Shown here one piece after another: positions 58,670-64,000 of a stretch of 64,000 nt of DNA. This stretch comes from a virus (Duplodnaviria; Heunggongvirae; Uroviricota; Caudoviricetes). The DNA is taken from IMG/VR virus record IMGVR_UViG_3300026549_001031. The stretch is one strand, 5' to 3'. Position 1 is the stretch's first letter. Each line of letters opens with the position of its first letter. A model generated the notes under the pieces. It did no database searches. It worked only from the letters and a program-made list of their open reading frames with translations, and was not told the origin of the DNA. A program made the translations under genes and the position numbers.

Positions 58670-59476
58670 ATGGGAGATAGTAAGAGCATAAAGGTGCACG
58701 GAAAAGCATTGAATAGGTTTATGCAAGCAACAAGTTGTGCTGAGATATTCTTGGATAAATATGAAAAGGATCCTGACAATTTGACTAGTAATGACATATT
58801 GATACTGTTCTATGCACTGGAATGTTTAAGACAGCAACTTAGGGATGGTTGCAAGAGCACTATGATAAGAAATGAAGCAGAGGCGCTATATGCTAGACTT
58901 GAGGCTATAGTGAGTCTGCTTCAAGTCATAGATTGGGATAACATTAGATATAGGACAGATACAAAGACATCATGGAAATATGCAGCTAGAGTGTTTGGAA
59001 AATCATTTGAAGAGGCTAAACAATCACGTAATGATGTAAAACATACACTCTTTTGGAAAAGATTTGCTAAGTCATTGGCGGTGGGTGGCATAGGAATGGT
59101 TAGTTTGTTACCTACAGCTAGTATCATAGCAATGGGAATTGGAGCAGCTTGCTTTGGTGGTATTACATATATATTTCTTAGGGCAGACGACGAATCACAT
59201 TTGCACAGGATAGGTTTGATATATCCATACTGTATTTACAATGATAACTTGTTTACAAATATGATGCAGTATGTATATGGTGTTTGTACAGGTATTTACA
59301 ATACTAGTGGCATAGGGTCTTATATGATGCCTGGTTGTCCTCAAGAAAAGCAGCTTAAGGAGGACATGGAGTATATCAGATGCACAGGAGTAAAGGAATT
59401 AAACAGTGAGAATTATAGAGATGTACTTACTGTTTATGCTCGCATACTATATGAAATTTCTGATAACATAAAGTAA
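58670..59476 (+). CDS. Membrane protein, paralog family member 1
   Basis: LTSNDILILFY motif; central TM hairpin. Confidence 0.7.
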   Translation: MGDSKSIKVHGKALNRFMQATSCAEIFLDKYEKDPDNLTSNDILILFYALECLRQQLRDGCKSTMIRNEAEALYARLEAIVSLLQVIDWDNIRYRTDTKTSWKYAARVFGKSFEEAKQSRNDVKHTLFWKRFAKSLAVGGIGMVSLLPTASIIAMGIGAACFGGITYIFLRADDESHLHRIGLIYPYCIYNDNLFTNMMQYVYGVCTGIYNTSGIGSYMMPGCPQEKQLKEDMEYIRCTGVKELNSENYRDVLTVYARILYEISDNIK

Positions 59477-59488
59477 AAGGGTAAAGAC

Positions 59489-60349
59489 ATGGAAAAAGAG
59501 AAAGAGACAGAGATCAAGAAAAATGGTGAGAGCATTTCATATCAGGCTAATGCATTGAATGAATATGAAAAGATCGTTGATATTTCTAACAATATACTTG
59601 AGAAGTACAAGGATACAGATAGTTTAGATTTTAATGGCATTTTTGTTTTATTCTATGTAGAGAAAAAATTGGATAACATGTTGAAAGAATACCCTGATGC
59701 AGTGTTTTACAAAAACGCAGACGCTATACATGATAGGCTGTCACTTATTTGTGATGACTACAGAGATTCTGATATAAGAGTCTCACAGTATCCTAGAAAT
59801 ACAGGCAAAAAGGGAGCTAAGGCATTATTTGGTAATAGATATAGACTTAGTATAGTGAAGTATAGACTTAACAAGTTTATGTTTAACTTCTTTAGAATTG
59901 TCAAGTGGTATGCACCTGCTTTAACATTAGGTACATTGCTAATAAATATAGCATGTCCTTTATTTATAAATGGTACACGTGTTGCTAGAATTGGGATTAG
60001 GGCATTTTTTGAAGAGCAGTTAGCAATTTGGGGGCATGTGTTTGGACAATTTGCAACACTTGGAGTAATAGGTTCAATCATTGGAGCAACTCTTCATACA
60101 TTCTATGAGTTGCACTCTAGAGATGAAGATACATCAGAAAGAGAATTCTACGTTCATGGAGACATTAAGAGATATATAAGTTACATATCTAAAAAAGCTG
60201 AGTTTGTATTGGCGATTGATCCAGATCATATTGGTACAGTAGAAGCACTTAAGGGTTTAGTGAGTGAGTTCATATGCATGGAGGAAGTCATTGGCGAAGA
60301 AAAGATACTTACAGGAGACTTTGGTTTAGCAGATCAGGGTTTTAGATAA
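59489..60349 (+). CDS. Membrane protein, paralog family member 2
   Basis: LDFNGIFVLFY motif; two TM segments. Confidence 0.7.
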   Translation: MEKEKETEIKKNGESISYQANALNEYEKIVDISNNILEKYKDTDSLDFNGIFVLFYVEKKLDNMLKEYPDAVFYKNADAIHDRLSLICDDYRDSDIRVSQYPRNTGKKGAKALFGNRYRLSIVKYRLNKFMFNFFRIVKWYAPALTLGTLLINIACPLFINGTRVARIGIRAFFEEQLAIWGHVFGQFATLGVIGSIIGATLHTFYELHSRDEDTSEREFYVHGDIKRYISYISKKAEFVLAIDPDHIGTVEALKGLVSEFICMEEVIGEEKILTGDFGLADQGFR

Positions 60350-60363
60350 AGGGGGATAGGACA

Positions 60364-61092
60364 TTGGCATTATTTTTGGTTGACTTTGAAAACGTAAAAG
60401 GGACAGATGCTTTTAATGGAGCAGACTTATTAACACCTGATGATACAGTTTGTATTTTCTATAGCAAGGAGGCTTTTAGGCTTAAGGCATATGAGTATGA
60501 AGCACTGCAGCGGTCAGGATGTAAGATAGAGTATTATAAACTCATTAAAGGTGGTAAAAATGCACTGGATTTTTACATAGTAGGCAAGGCATCAAGTGAA
60601 TTGCATAAGAAATGTGATGCAATAGGCATTATCAGTAATGATAGTGGCTATGATACATTTGTTGATTACATATCAAATTACGAGGGTATTGACAAGAAAG
60701 TAGTAAAGTGCAGTGGTACAATTAGAAAGGTACTTAGTGTGATGTCTACTGATGCACTGGGTAGGGCTGGAGAGGCAAATAGATCCTTACAGGCTATATC
60801 AATAGATACACTTGCTAATCAGGCTAAGGCATTGAAAGTTAAGGCAGATGAAGTAAGAGAGGTATTGAAAGAGTACCTTGAGGAACAGAATTGTAGCATT
60901 GATGATTATACTGGTTCATTTATTCAGGATATGTGGACAGTACCTTTGAAAGAGGTTTATTCAAAGTCACTTCAGACTTTTGGTAAAGACAATGGTATTG
61001 AAGTACATTACATGGTAAAAGAGTACAAGAGGCTTAAAGAAGAAAAGGGAGACCTTGACTTAAGCAAGCTAAGCAACATTATGCAGAAGTAA
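60364..61092 (+). CDS. PIN/NYN-fold (PIN7-like) nuclease domain protein
   Basis: FLVDFENV, IFYS, GKNALDFYI and IISNDSGYD motifs. Confidence 0.8.
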   Translation: MALFLVDFENVKGTDAFNGADLLTPDDTVCIFYSKEAFRLKAYEYEALQRSGCKIEYYKLIKGGKNALDFYIVGKASSELHKKCDAIGIISNDSGYDTFVDYISNYEGIDKKVVKCSGTIRKVLSVMSTDALGRAGEANRSLQAISIDTLANQAKALKVKADEVREVLKEYLEEQNCSIDDYTGSFIQDMWTVPLKEVYSKSLQTFGKDNGIEVHYMVKEYKRLKEEKGDLDLSKLSNIMQK

Positions 61093-61131
61093 TACATGGG
61101 GAGAATCAAGGTTTAGCAGGAGAGATGTAGT

Positions 61132-61806
61132 ATGATTACAGATATGAAATTTCAGACCATTAAGAAAAGAGCAATGGACTTTTCAGATTTAACTACATAC
61201 GTTATTAAAATACTTGATATGTATGAAAGCGACAATGATCATGGTGAACTTACAGTGCTTGGTTACTATGGAGTATTGGTTGCTAACAAAGTGTTAGAAG
61301 AAGCAGACTTTGAGGAATATGAGCCTGAACTTAATAGAATGAGGGCTACAGTAGGAAGTATTGCAACAATCTTGAAAAATAGTGAGGTTAGACCTTATCC
61401 AGATGATTCATTGTACAATATTTTTGCAAGACTAAACATTATTTTGGATTGGAGACTTAACAAGAAAGAGTTAAAGCAGGAAATAGAGAAATTCAACTAT
61501 CTTCATGTTGGAGTACATGATTACAATGCAAGGCATACAGTAAGAGTATTCATAGGCGACGCATTTGGCATTACTACTTGCAAGTACCTTGGGTTTATTG
61601 ATCAGGTTTATTTTGGATCAGACATTGATAACTTAATAATTGACACACTATATAAGAATATAGGCAATCCAGCATCAGAGAGGATCCCTATAGGTGATAA
61701 CAGGGTCATTAGATCAGAAGAAAAGACAATAGAAAATTGGATATGGGCTGATTCGCTTGAGGATGATGAGGAGGATTTAACTAACTATGGAATGCACTTG
61801 GTATAA
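61132..61806 (+). CDS. Paralog family member 3 (diverged; no clear TM)
   Basis: DFSDLTTYVIKILDMY...LTVLGYYGV..L aligns loosely with the family N-domain. Confidence 0.6.
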   Translation: MITDMKFQTIKKRAMDFSDLTTYVIKILDMYESDNDHGELTVLGYYGVLVANKVLEEADFEEYEPELNRMRATVGSIATILKNSEVRPYPDDSLYNIFARLNIILDWRLNKKELKQEIEKFNYLHVGVHDYNARHTVRVFIGDAFGITTCKYLGFIDQVYFGSDIDNLIIDTLYKNIGNPASERIPIGDNRVIRSEEKTIENWIWADSLEDDEEDLTNYGMHLV

Positions 61807-62644
61807 AGATCATGCTATAAGCGAGCACATGGTGGCATACGAGAATTATCAGGAGATCTATGATTTCTTGGCTTTGGTCATGGCTACAATAGAGAAAAGA
61901 GGATTAAGTAGACTTACTTCAAATGATATATACTATTTGGTTTACTGTAAGTGCATGCTGGAGGATGCTGTAGAGCAGACCAGTGAGGACTATGTCACTA
62001 GTGGTTGTTTAAGCAGAAATTTGGATAATGTGAATAACTTATTGAAGTTGATACCTGACATGTCATTGAAGAAAGCATTACATAAGAAAACAAACTTAAT
62101 AGACACATTCAAGTTGGAGAGGGCATTGTTGCTTGGTACTAGGGAGAAGAAGTCGTTCTCTGATAAAATGGAGACATACAATGTATTTATTCCTGGGGCA
62201 TTTGCTATTGTTTATTTAGTACTTGGATTTCCTATTAGGACAGGAACATATTTTGCTGTGGGTACAATAGTTGTATCATTGACACTTGGTTTACTTTCAG
62301 TATTTGAAGAGAAAAGACCATTGCTATTGTTTAATAACAGGTTAAGAAATTCTGAATACATATTAGCTAATATGTATAAACATTGTTTAAGATGTGTATG
62401 TTGCACCTGTAATAAGGAAGATGGGCCTTATTACCATTGTAGTAGGTTTATGATGTGTGTAGATGGCATAGCACACGATTTAAGGTGTCTGGAAAAGAAG
62501 ACAGAACAACAGTATTATGATTATAGGGACTCTATACGGAAGATAAAGGCAGCTAGTAGATATGTGGACACTACAATAAAAGACGTGGAAAATGTTGTAA
62601 GATATGAACGCAGTATTTTAAGAGGTTGGAACTATAGGGTATAA
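61787..62644 (+). CDS. Membrane protein, paralog family member 4
   Basis: LTSNDIYYLVY motif; TM hairpin. Confidence 0.7.
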   Translation: MECTWYKDHAISEHMVAYENYQEIYDFLALVMATIEKRGLSRLTSNDIYYLVYCKCMLEDAVEQTSEDYVTSGCLSRNLDNVNNLLKLIPDMSLKKALHKKTNLIDTFKLERALLLGTREKKSFSDKMETYNVFIPGAFAIVYLVLGFPIRTGTYFAVGTIVVSLTLGLLSVFEEKRPLLLFNNRLRNSEYILANMYKHCLRCVCCTCNKEDGPYYHCSRFMMCVDGIAHDLRCLEKKTEQQYYDYRDSIRKIKAASRYVDTTIKDVENVVRYERSILRGWNYRV

Positions 62645-62742
62645 GGAAATGCATATCATAGTGTAATCAGTTACATTGTGGTATGCATAATTTTATTATA
62701 AGAAAAATTTTAATTTTAATTTAGGAAAGGAAAAAGAGCAAT

Positions 62743-63258
62743 ATGCAGGAGACAAGGGTAGTTGAACAGGGTAAGGAGTTGGAGGAATATAATAAGCTAT
62801 GTGAGTACACTAATGCTATATTAAGGGACTTTAATGCAGAGACAGCAACAAGAAATGATATCTATGACTTAGCTTATGCTAAACTTAAGTTAGATGAGTT
62901 TCAGCATAGTGGTTTGCATAACAGCATTATTGATGGTGCAGTTGAGAGAACAAGGGGCAATGTTAGTTTAGTACTTAACATGACTAAAAATAATGCTGAC
63001 ATTTATACTAGAGATATAGATAAGGCAAAATCAAAAAGCATCAATAAGAAAAAGGGTACACAGTTGCAAATGCAAAATACAGGTAGTCCTACAGTGGCAA
63101 GTTGTGACAGTGCAATTAAGAAAGTAATGGTACAAAAGATGATTGGACCTATGGTCTTTGGTGGTATTATGTTATTCGTTGGTAATATAGATAGTATACT
63201 TAAAATGTTTGGGCTTAACATTGCACTACCTAGATTGAAACAAATGCAGTTTAATTAA
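62743..63258 (+). CDS. Membrane protein, paralog family member 5 (short)
   Basis: ATRNDIYDLAY motif; C-terminal hydrophobic segment. Confidence 0.65.
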   Translation: MQETRVVEQGKELEEYNKLCEYTNAILRDFNAETATRNDIYDLAYAKLKLDEFQHSGLHNSIIDGAVERTRGNVSLVLNMTKNNADIYTRDIDKAKSKSINKKKGTQLQMQNTGSPTVASCDSAIKKVMVQKMIGPMVFGGIMLFVGNIDSILKMFGLNIALPRLKQMQFN

Positions 63259-63301
63259 AGATGGACAATATAAAAGAGCAGATAGAAAGGAAGTTATAAA
63301 C

Positions 63302-64000
63302 ATGGGAGTTACATATCCGACAATGTGGAATGGAATGTATCTTGGTAATATGTCAGAGCAGCAGGCAAGTTTGATTATGCAGACAAGGTCATCAGAAAAG
63401 ATTGAAAATCTTAAGCATATGATTTTTGATTTTCCTCCTGAATTGATTAAAAGAAGCCTTGATGAAGGAATTAGCATTAGAGAAATAGCAAAGACAGATG
63501 AAAGTGTTGACTTAAAGCAGTATGTTTCAGAGTTGCGTGATTATCAGACAGTGGGTACAGCTTTTATGTACCTTAGTCCAAGAAGTATCATCGCTGATGG
63601 TTGTGGTTTAGGCAAGACAGCAGAAGTAAGTGCTCTTATAAATTATTTGAAGAGTACAGGGGTTTTAACAAGATTCCTCATTGCAGTTGAGTCAGGTGCA
63701 TTAGGTCAGACACAGTGTGAACTTGAGAGGTTTACAGGTTTGAATGTGGTAGCTATGCCTTCTGAGGCACCTAAAATTAGGAGAGTCATTAAGAAAACAG
63801 ACTGGAGAAAAGTTGATGGCATTGTAATTAAACACAGTACATTGAGAAGTGATCCTTTCTCACAGTGGTTGGCACTTAATCTTGATGAGAATGGACTTTG
63901 TAAGATTTTCAATACATTCTTCCTTGATGAAAGTTCCCTGATTAAAAATAATAAGACAAAGACTTATGAATATACACGTAACATTTGTAATATTGTTACA
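63302..64000 (+). CDS. SNF2-type SF2 helicase/ATPase, 3' end runs off the window (not in the ORF track)
   Basis: My translation from the ATG at 63302 gives LRDYQ (Q motif), IIADGCGLGKT (motif I) and FFLDESSLIKN (motif II), with no stop before the window end. Confidence 0.85.
   Translation, partial: MGVTYPTMWNGMYLGNMSEQQASLIMQTRSSEKIENLKHMIFDFPPELIKRSLDEGISIREIAKTDESVDLKQYVSELRDYQTVGTAFMYLSPRSIIADGCGLGKTAEVSALINYLKSTGVLTRFLIAVESGALGQTQCELERFTGLNVVAMPSEAPKIRRVIKKTDWRKVDGIVIKHSTLRSDPFSQWLALNLDENGLCKIFNTFFLDESSLIKNNKTKTYEYTRNICNIVT

Noticed and set aside
1-64000. Prophage or jumbo phage
   Set aside because: No recognisable terminase, portal, capsid, tail or lysin genes; conjugation- and Tad-type genes dominate. 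Not fully excluded for the rest of the contig.
1-64000. rRNA, tRNA, IS/transposase, integrase, relaxase
   Set aside because: No supporting motifs were seen. The rRNA-like promoters at 28860 and 28958 lead to a protein gene.
1-64000. Alternative genetic code
   Set aside because: Standard-code ORFs tile the window densely, and TAA, TAG and TGA all serve as stops at gene boundaries.

Overview
Low-GC, purine-skewed DNA with Firmicutes-type (Clostridia/Lachnospiraceae-like, inferred) ribosome-binding sites, sigma-A promoters and intrinsic terminators. Almost every real gene is on the + strand. There are no housekeeping operons, rRNA/tRNA genes or phage capsid/terminase genes that I can recognise. 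The window looks like part of a very large conjugative element (megaplasmid or ICE-like). 1-10.6 kb: accessory cassettes (SLH-like surface protein, small protein + retropepsin-like pair, orphan adenine methyltransferase, large secreted protein, HipA-like kinase + partner). 10.6-11.4 kb: a non-coding array of iteron-like and ~95-bp repeats beside a degenerate Fic gene. 12.4-16.4 kb: a 5'-truncated Tad pilus remnant (tadA/cpaF, tadB, tadC, prepilin peptidase). 16.5-31.7 kb: mostly unknown genes, plus an HTH regulator, zinc-ribbon, ArdC-like, acidic-repeat and FG-rich proteins, a strongly promoted unknown gene and dnaX. 31.8-57.5 kb: a divergent transfer cluster with three pilin-like paralogs, HU-like and YdjM-like genes, very large membrane/lipoproteins and MinD/CpaE-, VirB4- and FtsK-type ATPases. 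Two of the ATPases carry long FG-rich or acidic disordered domains, and several proteins share a D/E-x-L-L-x-D/E-M-F motif. 57.6-64 kb: telA, five diverged paralogs, a PIN-domain gene and a partial SNF2-type helicase. Family calls come from motifs read by eye; no database searches were run.
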